IMG/VR virus record: IMGVR_UViG_3300032167_007646
Strand: one strand, 5' to 3'
Length of the DNA stretch: 64,000 nt
From: a virus
Lineage: Duplodnaviria; Heunggongvirae; Uroviricota; Caudoviricetes
The notes under the pieces are model-generated. The model worked only from the letters and a program-made list of their open reading frames with translations. It was not told where the DNA came from and made no database searches. Both the position numbers and the translations under genes were made by a program. The stretch's first letter is position 1. Each line of letters starts with the position of its first letter. This document shows, one piece after another, positions 1 to 10,081 of the stretch.

Positions 1-197
1 CAATATATCAAAGTAGATTCTTCTTTATTTTCATCATTTTTTTCTTCAACAGTTAAATTATACCAATTTTTAGGAATTATTGGTACTTCATTCTTCAAAT
101 AAAAATAAGGAAGAAAATAAATAAACAAACCAATCAATATTAACAAAACAATAATGATTATACATATATTTCGTATACTTTTTTTTATCATTACCAT
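1..197 (-). CDS. Partial hypothetical membrane-anchored protein (runs off window edge)
   Basis: Manually translated: ATG at 195-197 with AGGAGT RBS; MVMIKKSIRNICIIIIVLLILIGLFIYFLPYFYLKNE..., one N-terminal TM segment, no stop before base 1. Confidence 0.7.
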   Translation of the reverse strand, partial: MVMIKKSIRNICIIIIVLLILIGLFIYFLPYFYLKNEVPIIPKNWYNLTVEEKNDENKEESTLIY

Positions 198-237
198 AAC
201 ACTCCTTAAAATTTCTATATCAAATAAACTAAAATTT

Positions 238-603
238 TTAAGATAAGTTACTATATAATAATTTTATTACTTTTTCTATATTCTCTTTACCATAAATATA
301 GCCCTCAAAAGTTTTTATTAAATTACCTTTCCTATCATAATACTTTATAACCCAAGTTTCGCCATCACAAGCACTTTTATAATCTCTAAAAGGTTCTTGT
401 CTATCAAAAATACTTGCCACTTTTACCATTTCAAACATACATAATTTAAATTCTTTTACATCACTTTTTCCAGATAAATTATGATTTTCAAAATATGTAC
501 CATTTCCTTCATAATTTAATACAAAATTACAACTTTTCAAAAAATCTTCTTTTGAACAAACCATACCACAATTATGTCTTTCTAATTCAAGCATTTTTAA
601 CAT
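238..603 (-). CDS. Hypothetical protein
   Basis: 121-aa ORF, co-oriented, normal composition. Confidence 0.7.
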   Translation of the reverse strand: MLKMLELERHNCGMVCSKEDFLKSCNFVLNYEGNGTYFENHNLSGKSDVKEFKLCMFEMVKVASIFDRQEPFRDYKSACDGETWVIKYYDRKGNLIKTFEGYIYGKENIEKVIKLLYSNLS

Positions 604-619
604 ACTTAAACCCCCTATA

Positions 620-808
620 TCATTTAATTTTACGAGTCTTTACAAACTTAATAGAATTATCACTCTTATCTCCATTTTCAAATGTTGGTAAAGGATTTAA
701 CCAATTTTCATATACACATTCTAACCCAACAAATAACACAACAATAGGTAAAATTATACCAAATATACAAATCAAAAATATATCAATCATTATAATGTCC
801 TTTCTCAC
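620..808 (-). CDS. Small hypothetical membrane protein
   Basis: 62 aa with one hydrophobic segment. Confidence 0.55.
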   Translation of the reverse strand: MRKDIIMIDIFLICIFGIILPIVVLFVGLECVYENWLNPLPTFENGDKSDNSIKFVKTRKIK

Positions 809-1337
809 ACATCTCTTTTACATACTTTTCAAAAGTACCAAAATAATTAGGTATTCTTATTTTTTTCAACACTTTTACTTCTTCTCCATCATCCTTATTC
901 AAATACTCACGAGTTATATCACCTATTATAACCGTATTATATAGAAATCGTCTTACTTTCTTTAAATTCTTTATTGTATATAAATAATGCTCTGTATAAC
1001 CATTTGTATTTTCATCAGGATGGAAATAAACAGATTTTTTATACTTAATAATATCATTTTCAATACTTATTTCATCTCTTTTTACAACATTACTATTCTT
1101 TAACCCATTAAAAAAGCAACACACACCTGTAATAATACCATACAAACCAATTGCTGTCAATGATACTAATAAAAAAGTTATTAAAGAAGTTCTTTCTGCT
1201 ACGGGAAAATTTCTACCAATAGGATTTATCATACTCATAAATGCAATACCCAAACCTACCATAGCAAAACCCATTAACAATTTTAACTTTCTTAAACTTT
1301 TAAAATCTGACTCTGAAAACTTAAAAACTTGTTTCAT
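783..1337 (-). CDS. Hypothetical 2-TM membrane protein
   Basis: Two hydrophobic helices then a soluble domain; coupled to upstream gene at 1337. Confidence 0.75.
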   Translation of the reverse strand: MKQVFKFSESDFKSLRKLKLLMGFAMVGLGIAFMSMINPIGRNFPVAERTSLITFLLVSLTAIGLYGIITGVCCFFNGLKNSNVVKRDEISIENDIIKYKKSVYFHPDENTNGYTEHYLYTIKNLKKVRRFLYNTVIIGDITREYLNKDDGEEVKVLKKIRIPNYFGTFEKYVKEMCEKGHYND

Positions 1338-1975
1338 TAAACCTCATCTCCCTCATTGAGAACACAAACTATATCATATAAACTATATACTTTTTTATCT
1401 TTCAAACTACGATAAGATGAACAAACATTACAATCTACATCACAAGAATTTAAATATCTTATATACATTAAATTATCTCTTTTATTCAAAGCCATTTCTA
1501 TCTCTTTATCATCTTGTAAATATTCTTCTGAATAAGGACTATTTACACCATTATAAATATCCCATAACAAGCTCTCTACAGTATTAAAACCAAAATTATC
1601 ACAAACAAAATCTCCATCTACTGAAAAAACTACAGCAGAATTTAATTTTTCATTATAGAAAACTATCTGTTGTGTTACATCTCTTTCAACAAAAAATTCA
1701 TTTACATCACATTCCAATTCTTGATTAAAAATATCATCTTTTCTTTTACAATATGAATTTGAAGAACACTTATCACAATATTTTTTATTATCTGCATAAT
1801 CATCTTTTCTCAAAATATTATCAATACTTTGCCTACCTGTTTCTTTATCTTCTCGAAAAGAACTCAAAGTATAACAACATTCCAAAGAACCTAAATATCT
1901 ATATCCTGTCTTCTTACCCAAATAAAATAAATTATCAAACTTTTCAAAATCATCAAAATACTTCATTATAACCAC
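1337..1975 (-). CDS. Hypothetical Cys-containing protein
   Basis: 212 aa; CDKCSSNSYC and CDVDCNVC clusters; probable ATG start at 1966 after GAGGTGG. Confidence 0.75.
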   Translation of the reverse strand: MVIMKYFDDFEKFDNLFYLGKKTGYRYLGSLECCYTLSSFREDKETGRQSIDNILRKDDYADNKKYCDKCSSNSYCKRKDDIFNQELECDVNEFFVERDVTQQIVFYNEKLNSAVVFSVDGDFVCDNFGFNTVESLLWDIYNGVNSPYSEEYLQDDKEIEMALNKRDNLMYIRYLNSCDVDCNVCSSYRSLKDKKVYSLYDIVCVLNEGDEV

Positions 1976-2020
1976 CTCAAAATTTAATATTCCTGATTTA
2001 TTTTATTTAATTGTCCACAA

Positions 2021-2033
2021 TTATGTCCAAATA
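2021..2033 (-). promoter_or_regulatory. Recurrent upstream motif (minus strand TTTGGACATAA); representative copy
   Basis: Exact + strand TTATGTCCAAA at 2021, 16495, 21312, 52252; variants at 2637, 6027, 18212, 22585, 26138, 27164, 38541, 40178, 60061, all upstream of minus-strand starts. Confidence 0.7.
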
Positions 2034-2053
2034 AATACTTAAGATGTTTATAA

Positions 2054-2575
2054 TCAAATTAACTCAATCAAATCTTCTTCATAAAAATAACCCATAAATC
2101 TATATTTTTGAGTAGGTATAACATCTTTTGACATCAAAAATTTCTTGAATTCCTCTTTATTTACCCATTTATATCCCATTGTCTCACCTTTTTGCAAAAC
2201 AATAGAATCTTTATCACAATCTACTTCACAAAGAAAAGAATAAAAGAAACAATGACCTTTATCAAAAATAAATTTTACTAACTCCTTAAAATTATTAGAT
2301 AAAATACCTGTTTCCTCAAATAATTCTCTCTTTATACAAGCATATTTATCTTCACCTTTTAAAGCACTACCACCCGCAGTTGCTTCATAATAACCACCAT
2401 AACATTCTTTTGATTTATCTCTATGCATTAAAAGAAAATCACCATCTTTATGTTTTACTATAACATCACATACTAAATGATATAAACCATCTGGTATTTC
2501 TTCACCTCTAACTAAATCTACACCTGCAAGTGTTTCATCTCTATAATAACCATCCCAAATTTCCAAATGAATCAC
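2054..2575 (-). CDS. NUDIX hydrolase
   Basis: Nudix box GGSALKGEDKYACIKRELFEETG (GX5EX7REUXEEXG). Confidence 0.9.
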   Translation of the reverse strand: MIHLEIWDGYYRDETLAGVDLVRGEEIPDGLYHLVCDVIVKHKDGDFLLMHRDKSKECYGGYYEATAGGSALKGEDKYACIKRELFEETGILSNNFKELVKFIFDKGHCFFYSFLCEVDCDKDSIVLQKGETMGYKWVNKEEFKKFLMSKDVIPTQKYRFMGYFYEEDLIELI

Positions 2576-2652
2576 TCCTTTTTCTTTAATATAAATTATA
2601 TTTTCATGACTTATTTTTTATTTTATACCTAATTATTTATGCCCAAATATAA

Positions 2653-2682
2653 AAATGGTGAAAGTATAATCTTTCACCATTT
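2653..2682 (-). terminator. Intrinsic terminator after galE
   Basis: 12-bp inverted repeat aaatggtgaaag/ctttcaccattt, 6-nt loop, T-run on minus strand. Confidence 0.8.
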
Positions 2683-2688
2683 AATTTC

Positions 2689-3690
2689 TTATTTCTTGTA
2701 CTCATTCTTTGTAAAACGCCAAGAATCTTCACACATTTCATCTATTCCTCTTAATGCTACCCAACCTAATTCTTCTTTTGATTTTGTTGTATCAGCATAA
2801 CACATAGCAATATCTCCTGGTCGTCTATCTACTACCTTATAAGCCAACTCTTTACCACAAGCCTTTTCATAAGCCTTTAACACTTCCATAACACTATAAC
2901 CATTACCTGTGCCCAAGTTCCAAATAAATACACCTGTTTTGTCTGTAATTTGTTCTAATGCTTTGATATGTCCTAAACTTAAATCTACTACATGAATATA
3001 ATCACGAACACCTGTACCATCTGGTGTATTATAATCATTACCAAATACATTTAGATGTTCTCTAATACCTCCCGCTACTTGCGCTATGTAAGGTACTAAA
3101 TTATTAGGAATACCATTAGGACTCTCACCTATTAAACCACTCTTATGAGCACCTATTGGATTAAAATATCTCAATAATGCAATAGACCAATCATTATCTG
3201 ATACAAAAATATCTTGTAAAATATTTTCAATCATTAACTTTGTACTACCATAAGGATTTGTTGTATGTAATGGAAAATCCTCTGTAATTGGAACAGTAGC
3301 AGGGTCTCCATAAACTGTTGCAGAAGAACTAAATACAATCTTTTTACAACCATACTTTCTCATTGTTTCACAAAGTATTAAAGTAGAACCTATATTATTA
3401 TGATAATATTCCATAGGTTTCTCTACTGATTCCCCTACTGCTTTAAGACCTGCAAAATGAATTACTGCGTCTATTTTATTTTCCTCAAAAATCTTTTCTA
3501 CTGCTGGTCTATCAAGCAAATCTGCTTCATAAAACTTAAAATCTTTACCTGTTATTAGCTTAATCTTATCAATCATTTCTGGTTTTGAATTACTAAAATT
3601 ATCTATAATAGCAATATCATAACCTGCATCAAGTAATTCAACAGAAGTATGACTACCTATAAAACCTGCTCCACCTGTTACTAAAATCAT
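2689..3690 (-). CDS. galE: UDP-glucose 4-epimerase
   Basis: GGAGFIGSH Rossmann motif, HFAGLKAVGES, YGSTK (YxxxK), LRYFNPIGAH, GTGVRDYIHV. Confidence 0.97.
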   Translation of the reverse strand: MILVTGGAGFIGSHTSVELLDAGYDIAIIDNFSNSKPEMIDKIKLITGKDFKFYEADLLDRPAVEKIFEENKIDAVIHFAGLKAVGESVEKPMEYYHNNIGSTLILCETMRKYGCKKIVFSSSATVYGDPATVPITEDFPLHTTNPYGSTKLMIENILQDIFVSDNDWSIALLRYFNPIGAHKSGLIGESPNGIPNNLVPYIAQVAGGIREHLNVFGNDYNTPDGTGVRDYIHVVDLSLGHIKALEQITDKTGVFIWNLGTGNGYSVMEVLKAYEKACGKELAYKVVDRRPGDIAMCYADTTKSKEELGWVALRGIDEMCEDSWRFTKNEYKK

Positions 3691-3711
3691 TTAGATTACC
3701 ACCTTTTCTTA

Positions 3712-5964
3712 TTATATTCTTTCATGAAATGTTCTTGCAATTACTTCTAATTGCTTTTCTCTATCTAACTTACAAAATTGAACTGCATAACCACTAACCC
3801 TAATAGTTAAATTAGGATATTCATCTGGATTATTCATAGCGTCAATTAACATATCTCTATTTAATACATTTACATTCAAATGATGTGCATTTTGAACAAA
3901 ATAACCATCTAAAATACCTACCAAATTTTCTATTTGATTTTCTTTTGTTTTTCCTAATGCAATAGGTGTAATTGTAAATGTATTTGAAATACCATCTTGA
4001 CAACAACCATAATTTAATTTAGCCACAGAATTTAATGATGCTAACGCACCATTACTATCACGCCCGTGCATTGGATTCGCTCCTGGTGCAAATGGCTGAC
4101 CTGCTTTTCTACCATCTGGTGTACTTCCTGTTTTCTTACCATATACAACATTTGAAGTAATTGTCAAAATACTTAATGTATGTTTAGCATTTCTATATGC
4201 TTTTGTTTTACATAACTCATTATAGAAAAACTCTGTAACCCATTTAGCAAAACCATCTACATAATCATCATCATTTCCATATTTAGGAAAGTCACCAACT
4301 GTTTCAAAATCAACAATTATTCCTCTTTCATCCTTGATAGGTTTTACTTTTGCATATTTAATTGCACTTAAACTATCCACTAATACACTCAAACCACTTA
4401 TACCAAATGCCATTAACCTTTCAGGCTCTACATCGTGTAAGGACATCATTAACCTTTCATAAGCATATTTATCATGCATATAATGGATAACATTCATTGT
4501 ATTTACATATAATTTAGCCATCCAAGAAGCATATTTTTCAAATGCTTTAATTACTTCATCAAAATCTAAAACTTCTTCATCAAATACTTTTCCTACAGGT
4601 GCTATCTGCTCACCATATTTTTCATCTTTACCACCATTTAATGCCATTAATAAAACCTTAGGTAAATTACATCTTGCACCAAAATATTGCATTTGCTTAC
4701 CTGTTTTCATTGCAGATACACAACAAGCAATAGAATAATCATCACCATAATCTTTACGCATTACATCATCATTTTCATACTGAATGGAATCTGTATCTAT
4801 TGACACCTGAGCACAAAATTTTTTAAACTCTTTTGGTAATTCTGATGACCATAATACTGTAATATTTGGTTCAGCACTTGGTCCTAAATTATACAATGTT
4901 TGCAAAAATCTATAATCTGTTTTTGTTACCATTGAATACCCTTCTTCTGTTACACCTGCCAAAGAACAAGTTACCCACACAGGGTCACCAGCAAATAATT
5001 CATCATATTCAGGAGTTCTCAAATGTCTAACTAATCTTAATTTAATAACAAAATCATCTATCAATTCTTGTGCTTCTTTTTCTGTTATTAAACCCTCTCT
5101 TAAATCTCTATCAATATAAATATCAATAAATGTAGATATTCTTCCAATACTATTTGCTGCACCATTTTGTTCTTTTACAGCACCTAAATAACCAAAATAT
5201 AACCATTGAATTGCTTCACGGGCATTATTAGCAGGCTTTGAAATATCACAACCATACATTTCTGCCATTTGTTTTAACTTTTCCATAAAATCAATTTGTT
5301 TAGCAATTTCTTCTATCAATCTTATATTTTCTTCGGACATATCACATCTATCAGCAATTCTTTTCTTGTCTTTTTTTCTTTCCTCTATAAGAAAATCCAT
5401 ACCATATAAAGCAATACGCCTATAATCACCTATGATTCTACCACGACCATAAGCATCTGGTAATCCTGTTAAAATTCCAGCATGCCTTGCCCTTTTCATT
5501 GTGTCTGAATAAACCCTAAATACACCTGTATTATGAGTTGTTCTATATTCAAAAGCATCTTTTATATGCTGACCTAATTCATAACCATTAGCTTCACACG
5601 CTTGAACAGCATTTCTAAAACCTGCAAAAGGTATTACTGCTCTCTTTAATGGTGCATCTGTTTGTAAACCTACAATTATATCATTCTCTTTATCAACATA
5701 CCCTGGCTTATAATTTAATAAAGAAGAAACAGTATTAGTATCTACATCTAATACTCCACCATTAGCCATTTCCATCTGCAACAAATATTGAACTTTATTT
5801 AATACCTTACTTGTTCTATCTGTTTTATCCTCTAAAAATGAACTATCACCCTCATATTTTGCATAATGTCTTTTTATAAAATCACTGACATTTATTTCTG
5901 TTTGCCACTTACCCTCTTTAAATCCTCTCCAACAAGAGTTCTTCCATAATTCCATAATTATCAC
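3712..5964 (-). CDS. pflB: Pyruvate formate-lyase (formate C-acetyltransferase)
   Basis: 750 aa; [17 protein letters not shown], catalytic IACCVS, glycyl-radical loop IRVSGYAV. Confidence 0.97.
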   Translation of the reverse strand: MIIMELWKNSCWRGFKEGKWQTEINVSDFIKRHYAKYEGDSSFLEDKTDRTSKVLNKVQYLLQMEMANGGVLDVDTNTVSSLLNYKPGYVDKENDIIVGLQTDAPLKRAVIPFAGFRNAVQACEANGYELGQHIKDAFEYRTTHNTGVFRVYSDTMKRARHAGILTGLPDAYGRGRIIGDYRRIALYGMDFLIEERKKDKKRIADRCDMSEENIRLIEEIAKQIDFMEKLKQMAEMYGCDISKPANNAREAIQWLYFGYLGAVKEQNGAANSIGRISTFIDIYIDRDLREGLITEKEAQELIDDFVIKLRLVRHLRTPEYDELFAGDPVWVTCSLAGVTEEGYSMVTKTDYRFLQTLYNLGPSAEPNITVLWSSELPKEFKKFCAQVSIDTDSIQYENDDVMRKDYGDDYSIACCVSAMKTGKQMQYFGARCNLPKVLLMALNGGKDEKYGEQIAPVGKVFDEEVLDFDEVIKAFEKYASWMAKLYVNTMNVIHYMHDKYAYERLMMSLHDVEPERLMAFGISGLSVLVDSLSAIKYAKVKPIKDERGIIVDFETVGDFPKYGNDDDYVDGFAKWVTEFFYNELCKTKAYRNAKHTLSILTITSNVVYGKKTGSTPDGRKAGQPFAPGANPMHGRDSNGALASLNSVAKLNYGCCQDGISNTFTITPIALGKTKENQIENLVGILDGYFVQNAHHLNVNVLNRDMLIDAMNNPDEYPNLTIRVSGYAVQFCKLDREKQLEVIARTFHERI

Positions 5965-6075
5965 CTCTCTTAAAAAAATAAACTGCTTACTTTATAACAC
6001 ATAATTATAAAGTAAACAGTCTCAGTATATGTCCAATAACATATTTAAACTGTAGATGAAATATCAATAAAAATA

Positions 6076-6104
6076 TTGACAAAACAACTTATTTATGTTA
6101 TAAT
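6076..6104 (+). promoter_or_regulatory. Consensus sigmaA promoter for 6132-6461
   Basis: TTGACA (6076-6081), 17 nt, TATAAT (6099-6104), extended -10 TG. Confidence 0.85.
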
Positions 6105-6131
6105 ATAATTAAGAAAAGAGGTGAAAACATT

Positions 6132-6461
6132 ATGGATATCAAAAAAATTGATAAAATCATAAAAGAGTATGCAAAAGATAAATATACAATACATACTAAA
6201 TTTTCTAACAGTTCAAGAAGTTATTATGTACATCTTACAAACTCTAAGGGAATTACAATACATTTGAGATTTTCAGACCACTTGAATAGAAAAGGTATTG
6301 GTGATACATTCTTATACAAGGGAGAAAAGAAAAAAACTGAAAAGCAATTAAGACGATACATAGAAAAGAAAATAAAAACAATCGAACAGGTTTCACTTTA
6401 TAGAACATTCGATAAACTTGAGGGCAAAGAACCTATAAAACCACCAAAAATTAAAATATAA
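6132..6461 (+). CDS. Hypothetical basic protein with SxSxY...RxSDH motif; only credible plus-strand gene
   Basis: Own perfect promoter, GAGGTG RBS, terminator right after the stop; SRSYYVHL...HLRFSDH. Confidence 0.85.
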   Translation: MDIKKIDKIIKEYAKDKYTIHTKFSNSSRSYYVHLTNSKGITIHLRFSDHLNRKGIGDTFLYKGEKKKTEKQLRRYIEKKIKTIEQVSLYRTFDKLEGKEPIKPPKIKI

Positions 6462-6464
6462 TAA

Positions 6465-6498
6465 AAAGGCTACATTTATTTAATCAAATGTAGCCTTT
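6465..6498. terminator. Bidirectional terminator between convergent genes
   Basis: 13-bp inverted repeat aaaggctacattt/aaatgtagccttt. Confidence 0.85.
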
Positions 6499-6524
6499 AA
6501 ATTTTTATCAAAACAATCAAACCA

Positions 6525-6752
6525 TTATTCAAATGTTGGTAAAGAATCTAAATTATTATCTTCTTCTCCATCATTTACACCACGAACATACTTTGTACCC
6601 TCTCTATCTACTGCTGCAACACCGTCTAATTTACCATCTTTTGCATATTGATATGCTGTTTCTACATCAATTACTTCACCATTATCAAGCTTAAAAGCCT
6701 CATTAACTTCATGACCATCTACTGTGCCTTTTTTTACTGCTACTATTTTCAT
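6525..6752 (-). CDS. DUF3892-like small protein
   Basis: FKLDNGEV...YVRGVNDG...NNLDSLP pattern typical of DUF3892. Confidence 0.75.
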   Translation of the reverse strand: MKIVAVKKGTVDGHEVNEAFKLDNGEVIDVETAYQYAKDGKLDGVAAVDREGTKYVRGVNDGEEDNNLDSLPTFE

Positions 6753-6802
6753 ATTATCGCTCCTTTCTATACTTATTATTTACAAATATATTTAAAATAT
6801 AC

Positions 6803-6830
6803 AAAGGACTTTCAATTTTGAAAGTCCTTT
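6803..6830 (-). terminator. Terminator after rtcB
   Basis: aaaggactttca/tgaaagtccttt inverted repeat. Confidence 0.8.
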
Positions 6831-6845
6831 TACTATATATTTTTA

Positions 6846-7934
6846 CTAATCTTGTTTATAATTAAATACGGGAATTAAAATATTCTCTATTTCTACCAAT
6901 TCTTTCAATGATTCAGCAATATATTCTCTCTTTTTATAAACCATTGGAGCTTCTGATAATCCTGACTGATTTATATTATTTGAATATACACCTTTCATTT
7001 CTTTCTTAAATTCACTAACAGTAAACAAATCTTTTGATTCTGCCCTTGAACAAATCCTACCTGCACCGTGAGGAGCACTATAATTCCACTCTTCACAACC
7101 TTTACCTTTTCCTATAATAACACCACCATATATAGGGGAAGCAGAAATAGGAATTACAACTTTTTCATCTTTTTGTGCTGAAATAGCACCTTTACGAATA
7201 ATCTTATTTTCATCATCTATATAATTATGAATACTATGATATTCTTCCACAACTTTTACTTTCAAAAATTTACAAAGAATATCTATTATTGTCATTCTAT
7301 TTTCTTTTGCAAATTGTTGAGCAATTATACTATCTTGAATATACTGTTCTTTCAACTCACCCTCTAATTCAGAAAATATTCTTGTATTCTTTTGATTACC
7401 TTTATCTATGTAATAATCATAAACCTGCTGGCCTAACAATCTACTACCTGAATGAATTGTAAGCCAATAACAACCATCACTTGCTTTATCTAATTCTATA
7501 AAATGATTTCCACCACCAAGTTCACCTAATTTTGAATAACATCTATCTATATCTACTTGTTTTATACAGTTCAATTTTGAAAGATTTACATTATCCTGAT
7601 GTCTTGACACAATGGAATCAATTCTTTTCTTTTCAACTAAATTCTCTCTAACAACTGCGTCTAACTGACCTAATTCTATTCTCTTTGCATTCAACTTTAC
7701 AGTTACTATACCACAACCTATATCACTACCAATTAAACTAGGCAATATAACATTATCATAAGTAAATGTACTACCAATAGTTGTTCCTATCCCTGGACAA
7801 ACATCTGCCATTATTCTTATCTTACTATTTTCTAAACTATCCAAATCACATAAATGCTTTATCTGTTGAATACTAACATAATCTGCATCATCTATTATAA
7901 ATCTCGCTGAAGTATATTTACCTTTTATATTCAT
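6846..7934 (-). CDS. rtcB: RtcB-family RNA ligase
   Basis: IGSDIGCG, GGGNHFIE, IHSGSR, HNY, IRKGA, SAPHGAGR, EAPMVYK motifs. Confidence 0.93.
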   Translation of the reverse strand: MNIKGKYTSARFIIDDADYVSIQQIKHLCDLDSLENSKIRIMADVCPGIGTTIGSTFTYDNVILPSLIGSDIGCGIVTVKLNAKRIELGQLDAVVRENLVEKKRIDSIVSRHQDNVNLSKLNCIKQVDIDRCYSKLGELGGGNHFIELDKASDGCYWLTIHSGSRLLGQQVYDYYIDKGNQKNTRIFSELEGELKEQYIQDSIIAQQFAKENRMTIIDILCKFLKVKVVEEYHSIHNYIDDENKIIRKGAISAQKDEKVVIPISASPIYGGVIIGKGKGCEEWNYSAPHGAGRICSRAESKDLFTVSEFKKEMKGVYSNNINQSGLSEAPMVYKKREYIAESLKELVEIENILIPVFNYKQD

Positions 7935-7959
7935 CTAACTCACCCACCTACTATATTTT

Positions 7960-7988
7960 ATTATAACAAAAAATATAACAAAAGTCAA
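7960..7988 (-). promoter_or_regulatory. sigmaA-type promoter for rtcB
   Basis: Minus strand TTGACT, 17 nt, TGnTATAAT. Confidence 0.75.
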
Positions 7989-8000
7989 TAAGTATAAAAT

Positions 8001-8028
8001 AAAAAGGTCTTAATAATAAGACCTTTTT
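8001..8028 (-). terminator. Intrinsic terminator
   Basis: aaaaaggtctta/taagaccttttt inverted repeat. Confidence 0.8.
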
Positions 8029-8035
8029 ATTAACT

Positions 8036-8734
8036 TTATTTTTTTAATTTTATATCAGCAAAGACCAATGAACTATCTCCCTTTACTGCTCTACTCATTA
8101 TATGAATTTTTTTTGAATTTTTTAAGTCTATTTCAACTGTTTTTACTTCTCCTGGTTTTAAGTATATCTCTTCTAATGGATTATCCACACTCTCTTTATA
8201 ATCTACACCATCACTACTATCTCTAAATGGTATATTCACATCAAAATTACCTGTATTTTTTATTGTTAATTTTAAATTATTATACCCATCTGTATTTATA
8301 TATAGATATTCATGTGAAGCAGAATGAACTTTTTCCAAATAAACAACACTATCATAAACATCTGTTCCTATTTTACAAATACTTTTATCAGTAGTAAACT
8401 TATAAGATACACCTGAAACCAAATCTTCTGTCACCTTATACCAATCTTTTTCACCTAAAATAACTGTATTTGTTTCACCATCCCAATCAACAGGAATACC
8501 AAATTTTTCACAAACAGCCCTTACAGGTAAATAAGTTCTATTATTATAAGTAATAGGTCTTATTTCAGAACCATCTTCCTCAATTGGTACCCAAGCTTCA
8601 TTATCCACCTTCATACTCAAAGTGTTATCAATATAAGCAGTAATAGTAGTTAAATTAGTACCTGCTAAAACACCTACTGAAAAAATACTCACCATAAATA
8701 ATGACAAAAAAACAATTTTTAAACTTTTATTCAT
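8036..8734 (-). CDS. Secreted protein with copper-amine-oxidase-like N-terminal (stalk) domain
   Basis: Signal peptide (..VGVLA); PITYNNRTYLPVRAVCEKFGIPVDWDGETNTVIL is the clostridial stalk-domain pattern. Confidence 0.85.
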   Translation of the reverse strand: MNKSLKIVFLSLFMVSIFSVGVLAGTNLTTITAYIDNTLSMKVDNEAWVPIEEDGSEIRPITYNNRTYLPVRAVCEKFGIPVDWDGETNTVILGEKDWYKVTEDLVSGVSYKFTTDKSICKIGTDVYDSVVYLEKVHSASHEYLYINTDGYNNLKLTIKNTGNFDVNIPFRDSSDGVDYKESVDNPLEEIYLKPGEVKTVEIDLKNSKKIHIMSRAVKGDSSLVFADIKLKK

Positions 8735-8782
8735 TACAAATCCTCCTAAAATTTATTTATAATAATTTTCATTATTATCAAA

Positions 8783-9295
8783 TTAATATTTCTCTAAAAT
8801 CTCTATACAACTCTTCAACAATGTAAATTGTTGATTCAAATAACTCACACTACCTGATTGTAACTGCTGTTCATATTCATTATATTTTAACTTTGCAGAA
8901 CGTAATTCTATATCTCTTACACCTTTTAATACTGAATAAGCTTCTCTTTTTGAAACACTTACTGCAAGAGAACAAAAACCACCTTTTCTCATTATTTGAT
9001 TTATAGTATAAAATTCATTACCTACAACTTTCAAATCATATTCATATAAACAATATTCTGAAGCAACAGTACAAACTCTATTTATATCATTTACAAATCT
9101 TTTTAACAAATCCTCAGATATTTTATCTGTTCCAAAATGTAACCCTAATCTATGTATCTTCCCTAAAATAGCGGGATAAGAACGATTTGGAAAAGTACTT
9201 TGTAATTCTTCCTTACTTACCCCTTTTGCAACACATTTAATCAATCTATTTTCTTCTTCCCTAGTCCAATACAATCCCTTTTTCATCATTCTCAC
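8783..9295 (-). CDS. Myb/SANT-like HTH protein (putative DNA-binding regulator)
   Basis: WTREEENRLIK...EELQSTFPNRSYPAILGKIHRLGL. Confidence 0.6.
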   Translation of the reverse strand: MRMMKKGLYWTREEENRLIKCVAKGVSKEELQSTFPNRSYPAILGKIHRLGLHFGTDKISEDLLKRFVNDINRVCTVASEYCLYEYDLKVVGNEFYTINQIMRKGGFCSLAVSVSKREAYSVLKGVRDIELRSAKLKYNEYEQQLQSGSVSYLNQQFTLLKSCIEILEKY

Positions 9296-9317
9296 CTACC
9301 TTTTTCCTTAAAGTTAA

Positions 9318-10076
9318 TTATTTCTGAATTTGTATGCTCTTTGCAACTTTTGCTGCCATTTCTTCAGTTAATTTTGCACCTAAAAAACAGTAATGAGCAT
9401 CATGTGAAAATATTATAGTATTTTTATCTGCAATATTCAATTCCTTTGTATCATATGACATAAGACCATTTATTTTATTAAAAACAAATGGTAAACACAA
9501 ATGACTTAATTTTTCTACTTCCTTTGAATAACTTTCTGTATACCTTTCTAATGATAAACTACCATCATAATTTTGAAAAACATAAGGAGTATTATCAGTA
9601 TTTGCATATTTTCTAACTATTTTTCTATACTGAATTGTAAGACTTAATGACTCTACACCAAATTTAAAATTTAAAATATAACCTTTATCACATATTATTT
9701 TATATTTAGGACCTAAATATTTTATAACAGCTTTTTCAAATTCTTTAATACCCATTTCTTGACCAAATGTTTTTAATCTTTCTATTAATTCATTTACTCT
9801 ATCATTTGCACGAGAAGAAGCCATATATGCTTCACTAACAGCCTTTCTTTTTGACTCACAATCAACTATAGCCTCTGATAAAGTATTTAACAAAGAACGT
9901 AATTCAGGTTTCAATTTAGGAATTGAATAAGACATTGTATCAGGTATCATTCTTTTTTCACCATTTGGTTCTATTACCTCATAATAAGGTCCATTTGAAG
10001 TATTACAAACAACACCAATTACACCATTATCAAACTTTCTAATATCACCTAATTTTAATTCTTCCATATATAACAC
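9318..10076 (-). CDS. Hypothetical protein, paralog family A (SH3/KOW-like N-terminus + coiled coil)
   Basis: LKLGDIRKFDNGVIG N-terminus shared with 10082, 11512, 36003. Confidence 0.8.
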   Translation of the reverse strand: MLYMEELKLGDIRKFDNGVIGVVCNTSNGPYYEVIEPNGEKRMIPDTMSYSIPKLKPELRSLLNTLSEAIVDCESKRKAVSEAYMASSRANDRVNELIERLKTFGQEMGIKEFEKAVIKYLGPKYKIICDKGYILNFKFGVESLSLTIQYRKIVRKYANTDNTPYVFQNYDGSLSLERYTESYSKEVEKLSHLCLPFVFNKINGLMSYDTKELNIADKNTIIFSHDAHYCFLGAKLTEEMAAKVAKSIQIQK

Positions 10077-10081
10077 TCCTT

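Noticed and set aside
2011-2033. Motif read as a DnaA box (TTGTCCACA) or Spo0A box (TGTCCAA versus TGNCGAA)
   Set aside because: Only one DnaA-like copy and no cluster. The Spo0A resemblance always mismatches the conserved G, so it is kept only as a testable alternative
5965-6070. ZTP (pfl) riboswitch upstream of pflB
   Set aside because: The region is very AT-rich and lacks the conserved G/C-rich aptamer segments; only an AT-rich inverted repeat is present
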